Notes: a model not told the origin generated them from the sequence alone. Numbered from the whole stretch's first letter, positions 1 through 13,553 are shown. The stretch: DNA of 58,666 nt, filler included, from Ionaspis alba (GCA_964255285.1; 5 parts of 5 records of this genome joined end to end with filler, not necessarily neighbours in it), one strand, 5' to 3'. A program made the numbers and translations.

Positions 1-2236
1 ATGGGGAAGGGAAAGGGTGGGACGGTGGGAGGGCTCCAGGCTCACTCGTACCAGGTATCGGGATATAAAGCTACAGCAGATACTACTTTTACCTTTGTCG
101 TACTGCAGTACTATTCTAAGAAGGTAGCGCCAAGAAGATCTATCTATGTTACAATGTCCATGAATGGCTTAAGGTGGTTATCTTGGGTTCTGGTTGGTTT
201 TGACTCTCCTGTAAGTATTCTTATATCTTGCTCACAGCGGCTTGGCCATGGAGGATGCCCTGCTTTCCTCAAAGTACGAGTACGAGTAGGGAACCCTTCT
301 CTTCATTTTCTGCAAGTTCCTCAAAGCTGTGCTGGACTGGCTTCATGCACCCAAGCAAGTCGACGGCAACAATTCCAAGACGGTGCGATAGACATTGATT
401 TCCTATCGTGCGTAATGGTACAGTTTGCTAGGCATTCCGCAGTTCCCACCCTCAGCACACCTCTCTGCCAATCGGTTCGGGTCTGGTCTAAGAGCTTAGC
501 CATCGGTACCGATTCGAAACTCTCTCTTCGGCCGTATTATGTCGGAATAGCTGTCCGATGATGCTCAAGGGTAACCCAGATGTGCATACAGTATGCGTGC
601 TTCCATTATTGATCGACCAAGCATCTCTACATTGATCGGCCGTGCCATCGCGTGATTTTGGAAGTCTGAACATCTTAGGACGGAGCTTGTCGTGGTTAAG
701 CTTGAACGCGCCACCGCTTTTAGCTCTCACACCTCGCCCGACGGTCCAATTGGGGAGCCCGATCTAGCGAGCAAAACCTCCCGGCACAAAAGGGTCGTGG
801 CTTGGAAGAACAAATGCAAACGCCAACTCCCACAGCCAAGTCGACTGGTTTTGTTGGCAAGAGAAGTTATTGTTGAATCCTAGTAATGCTTTTGGCTTCG
901 GATTCTGTCGAGGCGTATTTCCCACTCTCCCCATACTTAGGATTTCCATGCACATTGGTGAAGATAGCACTGAGTAGACGTCAATAGAATTAGAAAACTG
1001 GACCCCAACGGCACGGGCTGGCAGTCGATTTGGCGGACGGGAAGGATCCTCCATGCATGCTACCAAATGCAACCATGGCTATCGGAACCATTCCTTTGCC
1101 GAGTAAAATATAGAGATAGCAGCAGCAGATCTATACAGTCTTCTCTCACTGGATGTGCGCCTGGGATGAGCTCAGCTTGACCGCGTCAGCTCAATTTCCC
1201 ACTCTGATGAGTATGTCTCGGCTGGTTGGCTGGAGGGAACAGATGTTAAGGATGATCTTTGGCTCAGCCAGGACGGGTTGTGTTGTGGTTCCCTCACTAA
1301 ATCGGGCAGTTCATCTGACTGAGAGTCAAGCGGTAATGTTACATACAATCTTGGCGCCCTCCGGACCAAGCAGATATGCTGGGCGATGATCGCAATGAAA
1401 CAAGATACGTGTCCCTGGTGAGCTGATGTTCATGATGATTTGATTACATCGCAGACACGATGGATAAATGGTGGGACATTAAGATTTTCTTTGGCGCGCG
1501 ATCGCCACTACTCTATTCCAAGCGCTAAGCCCAAACATTAAATTGACAACGGAATCTGATGTCCGAGCGTGCATACCCGTGATACACCGCCAGCCATTGT
1601 GGCTTGTAGAGGTTGCCGATGGACGATATGGTGGGCGAAGTACATAATCGTGGTTATCAGCGCATCTGTACTTGCAGTGTGTGCTGTAGAGTTCTTCACA
1701 GGTACACAATTTTGTTGAGAAGTCGACTTAGGTACAGTTCCATTGCAATATCTTTCATAACATTCAAAGATATGCCACCATCAACTGCGTGAAGTGGCTA
1801 TAAACGTCTAATTCACAGACGATCTTACATCGTAGTTCCAAGTGGTCTGGCTAATCTATCCAGCAACCTTACGAGAGATGACAACTCGCTGAATTTGTGG
1901 CTTCCATGTATTTCTGGCATGTTAGAAGTCAGATCTTGTTTTTAACACGACGCTGCACGGCCTCCCAAGAAGTTGGCAAACCAAAAGAATATGTGGCACA
2001 GATTACGGGGAGTCAACAATTTCGAGCACATGGAGGTCGCCCAACACGCAGATGTTCTGGGCAACGTCTTATAGATTGTTAACTAAACTACGGTTTTAGT
2101 TTGCCGACTTTCTTGCGAGCCGCGTGAGTGTGCAAGAAACAACAGCTGGGTGGTTGTGGAGAGAACTCATGTGGTTTATGCATGGCATGAGCAAAGCCTT
2201 CATCACCGTGATTGACCATGAAGCAGAAAATATCCC

Positions 2237-4012
2237 CTAGCAATCACATCTCCCATAGTATCGAGGCCAAGGAGTGACATCTCTAACGTTATCAACTCCG
2301 GCAAGATAGCCCAACAGTCGGTCATAGCCAAGTCCAAAACCACCATGGGGTACGCTCCCGTATCGGCGAAGGTCAAGATACCAATCCAGATCAGTCCTTC
2401 CTTTTGAGCTCGAGGTGTCCGTATCTCCTTGTTGGCCAGGTCGGAGGAGTCCATTCTGCTTCATCGACTCTAGTAACGGCTCCAGGCGATGCTCTCTTAG
2501 TGAGCCGCCAACAACCTCACAGATCTCGGGCAGGAGTAGATCGAAGCAAGCAACAGTCGGCCCTTCGACCTGGGCTTCTGGCTGGCCTTGCCCCTCACGT
2601 TCAGGCTCAGCAGTCGAAGGCAACATGTAGAAAGGCTTGATAGCTTTCGGGTAGTCAGTAACAAAAACCGGACTACCATGTCCGGCCTCCGCAACGATAA
2701 ATTTCTCATGCTCGAGTTGTAGACCGGTATCCCATTTCGGTGGGTACTTGAAGGTAGCCTTGCCAGTTTCTACCGCAGCCTGCAGGAGCCTCATAGCTCG
2801 GGTGTAGGTGATCCGAGGCCAGTATGCTCGTCTCAACCCTTGCCATCGGCGGCCCAGAACGGTTAGACTAGACGATATCCATTTCTCGGAGTCGTTCTCC
2901 TGAGTCTTTTCGATTTCCAGCAGCTGTTTTCCGGTTTCTAAATCACCCAACTTGAGTGTTATGTGGCGAATCGTGTTCTCCACTAAGTCCATCACGTCCT
3001 TCAGAGTTTCCGTCCTGATTTCAGCTTCTAGCATGTAGAATTCGGCCAGATGCCTGGAGGTGTCGCTCTTTTCCGCGCGGAAGGTCGGAGACAGTGTCCA
3101 TACCCGTTTGTGCTCGTGAACAAAGGCTTCGAGGTGTAGCTGGGAGGAGACTGTGAGGTACTTTGGCTGCCGGAAAAAATCTTCGGCTGTGGCCGTCGAA
3201 CTTCCTTTGTTTTCTTCAGCCTTGACTTCAGCTTCATCCTTGGGTTTCAGAGCGAAGACTTCCCCGGCACCTTCGCAATCCGAAGACGTAATGATGGGAG
3301 GCTGGGTGCGAACGAATTGGCCTTTCTGAAAGAATTGAGAAATAGAGAAGTCGCAGTCTGATCGCAGTCTCGCGAGTAGTGCGTTGAAGGGCGTCCTCAA
3401 TCGGAGATGAGGTATTGTGCGGAGGTACTCTGGACTGTGATATTTCTTCTGGATCGGGTAGGCCTTGTATGGAAGTTAGCATAGTACTGGCCTGAATAAA
3501 TGATATCCATGGTATGAGGGGAGCCGACTTGTGGGTCCGATATCCCTACGACTTGAACATCCTCAGCATGAAGTTCGTAGGACTGCTCTTTGCCTTGAGG
3601 CGACGAGCGCCACTGCCCGGATATCCTGACTGCAGTTCCGGTCCCGAGCCTTGAAACGATCACCCATCAGCTTCTTCCCTTGTTTAACAGCTTGAATTCG
3701 GCGATCGAAATCATACCCGACGGCTTGCCATGGCGCCACAATGGCCTGCAGGGAATGGATGGAGGAGCCATCTCCTATTTCCACGAACGAGCGAGCTTTC
3801 TGGTTTCGAACGGTGCGCACATGACCGGTCACAACAATGGGCTGCGACTCCTGCTGTTCAGTCGACGGCCGAAAGTCCAGTATGGTCGCGATATTTTGAT
3901 ATGCACTAGGACTAGATTTATTGGAGAGCCACCGACGGCATGGCGGGATGAATAGATTGCCCGGACAAGTGGCCGGAAGGAAGTGTGAGCTCCGAATGGA
4001 GCGCCATATCAT
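2237..4012 (-). CDS. SLM5: Mitochondrial asparaginyl-tRNA synthetase (class IIb), 3 exons (4012-3717, 3649-3529, 3463-2237)
   Basis: N-terminal presequence-like segment; OB-fold start (GHVRTVRNQK..FVEIGDGS); PEYLRTIPHLRLRT; YLTVSSQLHLE; motif 2 FRAEKSDTSRHLAEFYMLEAE; motif 3 WYLDLRRYGSVPHGGFGLGYDRLL. Two GT-AG introns with branch sites join the ORF pieces in frame. Confidence 0.93.
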
Positions 4013-5364
4013 ACTGGAAAATCAAGCAATTGGAGAGACCGAAGTCGTCCACGGAATCAGGCGTTTTTGAAACTTTGGCGCCTTCCAGCACACAACAGCA
4101 CATGGAGAGGAGCAGAGATGAAAAAGCTGTGGTGCCCAGGATCGATCGTGCTAGTTCGTCTTGGGACAGGCTAGTGACTCGTACGAAGGGGGTGAGATCT
4201 TGGTTCGGTGGACCAGTTGGCCAACCATATCGTGGAACTCTGGAAATCGATGCTGCGAGTTACCGTCCCAGCCTTAGCTCCAGATCGCGATACATCACAT
4301 TTGCGTTGGCTGACGACAATGCGACTAATCCGGTGGCTCCATGGTGTCGAATCTTTGGTAAGCTATTTGGTAGTGGTTCACTCTATTCTTTTCAAGGAAA
4401 ACTCCGATAAAGCACATTGTCTATTCTGTACAAGCGTTTGCTTGTGTTGGCTAGCTAATGGGGCGTCTTTTGTCCCTTTGGTGCGATATGTAACATGTCA
4501 TTACCGAAGAAAGAGACCATCCCCTTTGATTTTCTTGCTTGCGTGACTTTCATCCCACATTTCATTCGCCGCTACACCACCATTCCTCGTACAACCACAG
4601 GAGTCCAGAAGCCGCCTTTCATACCCGTCGTCCGCCTTGCTGAGAGTACAGCAACGGGTTACCGTGTCCCTGGAAAATGCAAGAATTTGAGCCGTTTCCG
4701 CATGGTGGCTGGCGTTGATAGGGACAACGCTACCACGGTACCTACCGTCAGCTGCCTTCTCGCTGCATTAACTACTGCCCAAGACACCCTCGATGGGAGA
4801 TCTGGTGCTAGCTAGGTTGTAGATCTTGGATCTTGCATGGCTCGGGAATCTACATTTTTTCAGCCGCCCGACCTTGGTACAACGCCTTCTATTACTTCCG
4901 CGACGGAATCTCAAATAGATTGAGATTCGGAGCAAGGACGATCGGGTGGCGGGATCTCTGCGACGAGAGGGCGATAGAGGTGAGAAGTCCATGTAAGGAC
5001 GTATGATGTTCCGTTTTGAGGGTTGGAGATTCGTTCTACTATTGTCCAGAACTACGAGTCTAGCCCTAGTCAAGAAGGCCGAGTCTATATATCTTTGTCT
5101 ACCCATGTCTACCCAGTGACAGTTTCATTTGGAGCCTCCACCTGTCAAAATACCCGATCCTTTGTCACCAGACTTTGCATCACTTCTCACCACGATTGAT
5201 GTCTCCCTCACCTTCTCTTACGAAGCCTTGTAAGTTTCCCTCCAGTTGCGATTAGTGATCTATGTCGTTCCATATTACACTTCCGTTGTTCTTTGATGTA
5301 GGTGCCGCCTGGTTACCTATCTGAATGTTCATACTTTCTGCAGAGCTATACTCGACATCATAAC

Positions 5365-6384
5365 ATGCCACCATTGAAGCCAAAGCCGTCAGAGATAGCA
5401 GCGGAAGCCAAGCGCACGTACCTTCCTTACATCAACCAGAATTTTCCTCAGTACCCAACCAGGTCATTCTTGCATCCAGACTCCGAACAACTCCGCATCA
5501 CGACGAACACAAGCTATTCGAAGAGGCCGTCCGTCGCGGTGATCGATGGAGACCCCGTCGACGTGGCTCTAGATTGGTATGAAGTCGAGCGCAGAACGAG
5601 GGCTCATAGCTCTTCCTCGGATCACCTGCGAGAGGACCTGCGGATACCGATTGTCAACATGGCCAACGAAAGGCGAGCTGGTGGTGACTGGGAATCTGGC
5701 CTCATGGCCCCTGAAGAGAATCTCTGCCGAAGAAGCAATCTTGTCCAGTGCCTCACAACACCTTGGAGCACTTCCGGGAATTCTTCCAACTATCCTATAC
5801 CGACCAAAGGTGGTATTTACTCTCCGTACGTGGGTAAGCTTCTCCATTTCATCATCAATTGAGAGAGGTGGGGGTTGACTTGAGATGCAGTGATTTATCG
5901 GGAAGGTGCGAACAGAGGGTACTCTATGTGGCAGGATTTCAAATCATTGCCGGTCATATCCGTTCCTCCTGTTCGACGGCCAAAGCTGGACGAGACCGGA
6001 ACAGAGTACTCTTTTGATCAAGAGAAGGAGCTCATGAAAGACAAGATTAGAACGGTGTTGAGGATCGCTGCAGCATGGCATCATCGATACCTGTGTATTG
6101 GTGCCTTCGGTGCGGGCCCAGGCTTCCGTAACCCCGTTGATCAATTGGCTCGCATGTGGGAAGATGTCCTATTCAATGAGGCGGAGTTCCAGGGGGTGTT
6201 CACAAGTGTTGTCTTTGCCATCGAAAGCGCTGCAGGAAGCAGCAGCGGCACGCAAAAGACAGATTACGAGGTCTTCAACCAGGTATTCCAGCCGAGGATT
6301 TGCCCCTTACGGCTCACAGGAAACAACGATCGTTATGGAGGGTATACCAATTTTACTTCTATGTCCTATATAGCAGGTACATAA
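5365..6384 (+). CDS. DUF2263/TIGR02452 microbial-type PARG-like macrodomain protein, 2 coding exons (intron 5834-5890)
   Basis: VNMANERRAGGDWESGLMAPEENLCRRSNL, GGIYSPYV, KIRTVLRIAA, LCIGAFGAG.GFRNP and VVFAI match the family pattern; GTAAGC...GCAG intron restores the frame. The exact C-terminus is uncertain. Confidence 0.8.
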
Positions 6385-7191
6385 TATTCGAGCACTGGGG
6401 TCTAATCGATAGAATTGTGCAGTCCCGGGAGCAAAACCTGCAATTGTGTCAAATCTGCCTGTGTTCTAATAATAATCGGGATCGCTGTTCTTGGCATTCC
6501 TAGGGCTGTAGATCCTAGCCCTGATCGGTACTCGATGGCCATCGTCCACACCTCCACGCCATGCCATGGCACGACCATCCAGGAATCTTCTCCGATATCA
6601 CATAACTCTGATCAAAAAATTCCCTCGTTCACATCATAGACCGTGTTCGACACATTATTGTGGCGCAGTCAAAGGATTTCAGGAGCGGTTGAATTCTCGA
6701 CTGCCTGAGCTGGAAATGACGGCAAGTGATCAGCCTGTCTATTCATCCGTATTGAGCTGTCATTCATGTTCATAGCTCTTTTCTGACTTTCGCCTCGAAT
6801 TCTCTACTACTGTTCTCCATTGTGTCTGCCTCTATAACTATGCAGCCAGCTCGTCCCGTGTCATTCGTGTATGTATCCGAGAGCCTATGATCTCCCACAG
6901 GATGTTGATCGTGCAAATGTTGCTATACTTCTCGAAGCATAGATATGGATATGTTTGGTGATCTGTATGTACTGTCAAGATGTCTTGTACAAAAGTGCTC
7001 TAGCCAATGCACCTGCTGTTTGATCAGCCATCAACATCGTAGTCAAGGTTCAACCTTTGGAGCAATGCGCCTTCCGAGGCCCTGGAATATGGTCCTTCAG
7101 ATCCATACAACACACAAACCGGGACCCACATCTTTATCCTCGAATGACCTTACGTTGCTTTATTAATACTCTCACACACCACCACTGGACG

Positions 7192-9036
7192 ATGGGCAGC
7201 TTTCCGACCATAGAATCCGATGCTGTGCTCTCAGGTTTCTTGCACACCTTCAGCATGCGATGAAAGTGGCCCTCAGAACTACGGATACATGTTGAGCGAG
7301 GCTTTCGAAGTCTGCCCCGTGCTTCAGAGGCTGCCCCAAATCGACTGCCTTTGTTGAACAGCCATGAACGATCGTCGTCGTCTATTCATGGTTCAAAGCT
7401 ATCATTGTCGAGTCGAAGCAGGCTGCCTAGATGGGGCAGGCATCGTAGATCCTTGGTAATGCTCACATCATACGCCAATGACAGCAGCTGTACATCTTTA
7501 GAACAAAAGGAGTGGGCCAGCGAGGGCTCATCACTCTGCCTTGAGAAACACAATGATTCTCAAATCTGGGAGGTCGTTCGAAAAGAGATTATAGATTGGT
7601 TCCACTCGAGCAGCAGCATTAACTTAGGCGAGATAGACTTGGTAGACCAATCTCATTCCTCGTTCCTACACAGCAGAGTCTTGAGGGCTGACGCAAGAGT
7701 AGGCAATACGCTTGTTTCTTCCTCCACTACGTGTCCAGGCACATAGGCTCCTACCGCCAAATCCCCATCCGTCCCGTGTTCGCCATGTTCTGGCCACCGC
7801 AGTAGCATTACAGCTCCTGGCGACTTGTTACAAACGACCACGTCACCAGGAAAGCTTCATTTTTCCGGCAGACCTGTTCTTCAGCGATGGCAGTTCTCAC
7901 CGCACAACCATGGACATACGACTGATGAGTGCTCTCCGGGCGCACTCGAATCACGTGGACTCACCAGCCTTCGGTCACTACGCCCGGAGCTCTTCTATGA
8001 TCTCTTTGCAATCTGCACTTAACCTCACTCCATCGAGAGAAGAACGCCTCGCACCGGAGGTCTCCCGAAACAGGAGACGTCGTCAACAGAATGCAATGAA
8101 GAGTTGTAGTGGTCAACGCTTTAAGAGAAGTCGCTCTTCGAGTGAGACTTCTGACACAGAAAATCCAGACTACTTGACCCTTGATTCACGGCTTCCGTGT
8201 CGCAAGAGAGAGAGTTTTTCCAGCTCTCCGTGACCAACACTCCGGTCCTCATGCCTTCATCCCCCACGAAGCCTCGCCATCGTATCTTTAGAAAATCACG
8301 GTACTCTACGCGGTTATTACCCACCAATAGTCCCACACACATGGATGGTCTCGAGGCAGTTGGAACGGATGAATGGAGGATGAAGCAGCCTCGGTCTAGC
8401 TATCCACATAGTGATAGGCTTGATGACGGCGTTCGATGGTCGCCTCAACCACTCCCGCGCTTCGAACTCCGTCCAGCCTTTGTATAGCCGGTGAAAGAAC
8501 ATGTTCTGCGGCGATGGAGGAAAAAGTTGACCCCGAGTCTGCGCAGCAAGTCATCTGCTTCAGTGACGGACAACTGCAGTATGAGACGATCCAAGAAGCG
8601 AGAAGCACGTCGGATTTGTGGTCCTAGTGATGCTCGAAACTTAATGATTGGCGACTATGATTCACAGTCTAGTACTTTCAATCGGTCCTCGATAATCGAG
8701 AAATTCGATCAGAGACCTGTATCTGTGCGGACAGTCCACACCGTTAGCTCACAAGTCACAGATTCTCTTGAAAGCACTCAATCCTCGCCTCCGTCATCAA
8801 GAGTATCGGACAACTTGACCAGCACCGGTTCTTACTTTCCACCGGTTGCAATGATAGCAGGAAGCTTGTACCTGAGCGGCCCACAAAGAAAACCGACCTC
8901 AGAAAAAACGCTGTTCAGTCCTCCACTCATTGCAGAAGCAAGCCCTAACTCGGAAAGAGCGAGGGGAGTTCTGCTTAACGGCTCATCAATAGCTTCCTCG
9001 AGCAGAGATGGCGATAAAAGCTTGAGGTTCTTGTAA
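7192..9036 (+). pseudogene. Probable decayed gene for a Ser/Arg-rich hypothetical protein
   Basis: Long runs of one reading frame broken by isolated stops (TGA 7261, TAG 7744, TAG 8485), with a shift into frame 2 (7712-8233) and back near 8230; protein-like blocks such as IWEVVRKEIIDWF and RFELRPAFV*PVKEHVLRRW. Confidence 0.5.
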
Positions 9037-9453
9037 CTCGTTGACGGTACGATTGTTAGAACAACGATACATTGCAAACCCTATGTATCCCAAGTACTTG
9101 GAAGAGTGCAAATCATGTCACAGTTCAGAAAATGAATTTGGATAGCTGCCGCGGAGGTGAGCCACCCAGGGTCCATCAACACTCAAAATTCGCGTGAATC
9201 GATGCCGAGTACCCGGAGGTAAGAACGCTCAGTAACCTTCGCGCAGTTGCCCTGTTTCGAATCTCAGTTCCCAGGCCTTGCTGTTGTGGCTCTCAGATGA
9301 CAGAATTCGTCTCACGAAGCAACTCATCACGCTGTGCAACCTGTCCTTTGTTCATGGTGTCCTTATAATCAGCATAAGTGCTCACTACACTCCTTAAGGT
9401 CCTACAGAAGGAACTAAACACATTGCTCTGCTTCTTTTTGTTACTGGCACCAA

Positions 9454-11241
9454 ATGCTTTCATTCATGCCATCAGACTCCCCGGTCAGTCTTCTTGTTCT
9501 TCTTGTCACTATTTGTCTCGTGTGTTATAAAGTCTACTGCGCCATCACTGCTCCAGCTCGTTTACCAGATGATCTGCCATGGATTGGTCGCCCAAGAGGT
9601 CTGTTTTCAAAGACCCGAGCGAGGTTGTGGTCTCTGGGTGATTTTCGCTGGCAGATCTATGAGGTGTACGAAAAGGTACGCATGACCCTTCTGCTCAACA
9701 TTAGGGAACGGGTAAGATCAATAAGAAGTGACCTAGTACGCGAAACACGGCTTGAGCTGCATTGTTCCGTATGTTCTCGGCCAGTCGACAGTCATCGTGC
9801 CTATCTCAGAACTTCATTGGATCATCGACCAGCCGAACAGTGTTCTCAGCGCACAAGAAAATCAGAGAATTGGCCTGCAAAGCGATTGGACTATGCTTGA
9901 TCCTAAGGTTGTCCAGAACTCGGTCCAAGAGAAAGTCGTGCGTCACAAGCTCGTCAGGACTGTCGCGAACTTTATAGAGCCGATGGTGGATGAGCTCCAA
10001 TCCTCGTTTGATGAATACTGGGCTGCCGGTACGGAAGTTTGGCAGGATATTCGTGCTTTCCAGAGCATGAAAGATATCATCGCAAGGGTTTCCAACAGAG
10101 TTTTCGCAGGACTACCTCTTTGTACGTGTCAAAGGTCCAACTCTGGAGATTGTCTGCTCACTTTTTCCGAGGTCGAAATACGGACTTCATTAACAACGCT
10201 GTCCTATTCTCACAAGACATCAGTATCAGCGGACATATTTTGCGGATTTTGCCCGAATTGCTCAAACCTGTTCTCGCCTGGCTTGTAATCATGCCTAATC
10301 GCAGGCACTTCAACAGAGCTGCCAAATATCTCATTCCCATAATCGAGAAACGGATCGAGGATATCAAACGCCACGACGCGAATCCCGATATAAAGTATGA
10401 GGGACCCGACGATTTTATCTCCTGGTCGATCCACCAAGCTGAGAATGAATCCGATCCATCAGAAAGTACGCCTGACATGCTGGCAAAGCGTTTCATGGCC
10501 GTGAACTTCGCATCAATACATACAACGTCACTCACGATGACGAACACCCTCTTAGATCTAGTTTCTGGGCCTCCTAGTGAACACTTCATGGAAGGGATTC
10601 GTGAAGAGGTGGAGAGAGTGTATGCTGAAGATGGTGGGAAGTGGACGAAGGACGGGTTGGCCAAGCTGATCCGAGTAGACAGCGCAATAAGAGAGAGCAT
10701 GCGCTTGCACAACTTCATCAATTACGGTGTACAACGCACAGTGGTTGCTGAGAGCGGTGTTACGATGAGGAATGGCTTACACTTGCCGAAAGCTGCAGCT
10801 GTGGCTGTGCCAGCCTACTCAGCGCACCGTGATCCAAGCTACTATGATGATCCTAACACATACGATGCATTCCGATTCTCCAGACCTTTTGAAATTTTCG
10901 AAGCCTCAAAGAGCGCGACGGCGATGCAGGCCAATCAGTCCCACGATGGTACACTGCAAGATCGCAAGGAAGATCTATCGAAGTTCTTGGAGCATAAGAA
11001 GATGTCGGCGATCACCACTGGAGAACATTTTATGCAATTTGGGCATGGTCGTCACGCTTGCCCAGGGAGATTCTTTGCTATCCAGGAGCTCAAGCTTCTC
11101 ATCGCCCACATGGTCCTGCATTATGATATCGAGCCTCTGGCAACGCGGCCATCTAACATATGGATGGGAGGTTTGGTCTTTCCACCTATGAAGGCTTCGG
11201 TACGCATCAAAAGGAGGCCTCCGGTGACGACCAAGACCTGA
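9454..11241 (+). CDS. Cytochrome P450, ent-kaurene oxidase-like fungal secondary-metabolism clan, 3 exons (9454-9675, 9737-10121, 10172-11241)
   Basis: N-terminal TM anchor and Pro hinge; I-helix NFASIHTTS; ExxR (ESMR); YDAFRFSR; heme motif FGHGRHACPGRFFA; two GT-AG introns keep the frame. Confidence 0.93.
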
Positions 11242-11704
11242 GGTCTGCCGGCCGTTCAGAGATACAGAGAAGATACGACTGAAGCAGCAGCGTGATCTCT
11301 CAGAGCTTGTTTGCGGCAATTGCTTTGCGACGGCGAAGAAGCTCTATGCAATATGTCCTGAAGGACAGTCTATTCGTTGATTGATCCAAATCCTCACTGT
11401 CCCTCGCTCTATCCTAGAAATCCTCTCCTGTCGCGGATTGGCATAATTGTCAAGTCTTCGATGACAGTGAAATAAATCACCTTCTGTGCTCTCCTTTTAA
11501 GGCTGCAGCAAGCTTGCTCCTTGTGTAACAGTATATGCAGGTGACCGTGAAGATTCTTCCTTTGTACTTCTCTAGAACGCAGCAAACAGTCGTACAGGAC
11601 AGGGACAGGGGTAGCTATATGTCGAGAACTGCACACAATTGAAAGAACATCATTCACTCAACCAGCACAATTTTGATGAGAGCCAATGATTTTGACTTGC
11701 ATGC

Positions 11705-11804
11705 NNNNNNNNNNNNNNNNNNNNNNNNNNNNNNNNNNNNNNNNNNNNTTAATTAATTAANNNNNNNNNNNNNNNNNNNNNNNNNNNNNNNNNNNNNNNN
11801 NNNN
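11705..11804. other. Artificial contig spacer N44-TTAATTAATTAA-N44
   Basis: 100-nt spacer carrying a six-frame stop linker; identical at four places. Confidence 0.97.
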
Positions 11805-11957
11805 CCCTGCCTGCTGGCTGATATCAGCGTCGTCTCAAGACCACCTCATGTCCATTCTGCACAACGCGTCAAGAATGTTTTGGATCGCGTGATTTGAGTT
11901 CTTGGTTCGAAGACAGCATTATCAAAGACATAAGACTTTCTAGCGACGATACCGACA

Positions 11958-13553
11958 ATGTTTGGTCAACAGCGCTCCCAGAGTGGACCAGTAGGTCTAA
12001 GCATCAACACTGGATCTGCGAATTCTTTGTTGTAGGTTCCAGATCATCTCGCGCTGAGACAGAGCTAACTGCAAATGTGGAATGCAGCAGCCCTACTTCT
12101 AGTAATGTCTCTCAAGGCCCACAATCTGGTGGGCTTTTCGGATCATCGAAACCGGGAGGTCTGTTTGGATCATCTACAGCTACGACGTCTGTACCAGCAG
12201 GAAACATGTTTAACACATCTACTTCGACGGCAGGCGGAGGTCTCTTCGGGTCGCAGGCAACCAGCAATCAGCCACAGCAGCAGCAACAACCACAAGGTGG
12301 AGGATTATTTGGTACTCAGACTGCTCAAGGTGGTGGACTCTTTGGCTCATCTACCAATACCCAGGGTCAGCAGCAGCAACAGCCAAGTGGAGGTCTGTTC
12401 GGTGGACAACCGCAGCAACAGCAGAGTGGAGGCCTATTCGGTGGACAACCGCAGCAGCAGCAAGGGTCCGGCCTGTTTGGATCTACCAACACGCAGCAAT
12501 CTCTGCCGCAGCTAGGCGGAGGTATCTTCGCTACTTCAGGTCAGGCTCAAACCACAAACCAGCAGCAGCAACAAGGTGCAACCAGTATCTTCGGTGGACC
12601 AAGACATACTGCCTTATTGTGCGTTCATTGATATCTAAACATTCCTTTTCATTCCTATTAACTTGTGATATAGTGTGGGAACACAGAACCATAATCAACA
12701 GCCTCAACAAGCCCAGCAATCCCAGCAATCCCAGCAACCACAAAGATCGATGTTCTCAAGCAGCATTGGACAGTACTCTCAGCAACAGCAAACAGTACCC
12801 GGAGTTCGAGTCGATCTCACGAATCTGCGACCTACCACGCGCTTCAACGACTGCCACGAAGACCTGCAGAAGATCATCGAGCAAGTTGACGGCTTTATTC
12901 TTTCACAGATGCACTTCGCAGAAGAGTGCGACCAATTGATGCCGAAAATAGAATCCTCATTCTCCTACATGCCGGGCGACGTCGAGTTTTGCACAAAGAA
13001 GCTTGATGCTATGCAACAAGCCCTCGAGAGTGATGCCGGAGCTATAGATGATGCCAAAAAATTGCTTAGAAAGGATGCTGCGGACGCAAGATTAAGTTTC
13101 AAGGCTATTCATAGCCTTCGTATGCCACAGCACTTCCACCACCCAGGCCTGTGGAATACGCCTACCGCATCACAGAGTGTCGGACCGATGGCACAGGACG
13201 GAGATGGGGATGAGGAGGGCAGCAGTGATTTGGTATCATATTTCTCTAAACATGCTGATGATATGTCGAAGACGCTGGATAGCTTCAAGCGAAATATTGC
13301 AGAAGTGGAGGACTATCTAAAGGGCGTGGAAGCAAACACAATTCAGCAAGTGCAACGCTTACAATTCACAAGGGGAAGAGATGGTGGACAACGCAGCGCC
13401 GATGACCAAGTACGTGAGCTCGCTGCCGTGCTCAGAGAATTTGAGAGTGGAATTCTAGGAATAGCTGGCAAAGTTGGAGGAGTCCGAGAACAGGTTCAGG
13501 AGGTAATGCTTGCCGGAGGCACTGGCCGGGGTCGTCGACGCAGGTTATACTGA
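11958..13553 (+). CDS. NUP49: GLFG nucleoporin Nup49/Nup58 family, 3 exons (introns ~12032-12089 and ~12619-12673)
   Basis: Starts MFGQQRSQSGPVGLSINTGSANSL; many GGLFG repeats with Q-rich spacers; TVPGVRVDLTNLRPTTRFND followed by a coiled-coil C-terminus. Confidence 0.85.

Noticed and set aside
1..561. 186-aa ORF at the window start
   Set aside because: The translation is not protein-like and has no recognisable motif.
11749..11760. TTAATTAATTAA palindrome recurring every ~11.7 kb as a biological periodic signal
   Set aside because: It is always centred in N44 pads; it is a six-frame stop linker, and the periodicity reflects size-sorted contigs.
12120..12600. Repeated GGTGGACTCTTTGG-like units as a DNA repeat array
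   Set aside because: Explained by the coding GLFG repeats of Nup49.
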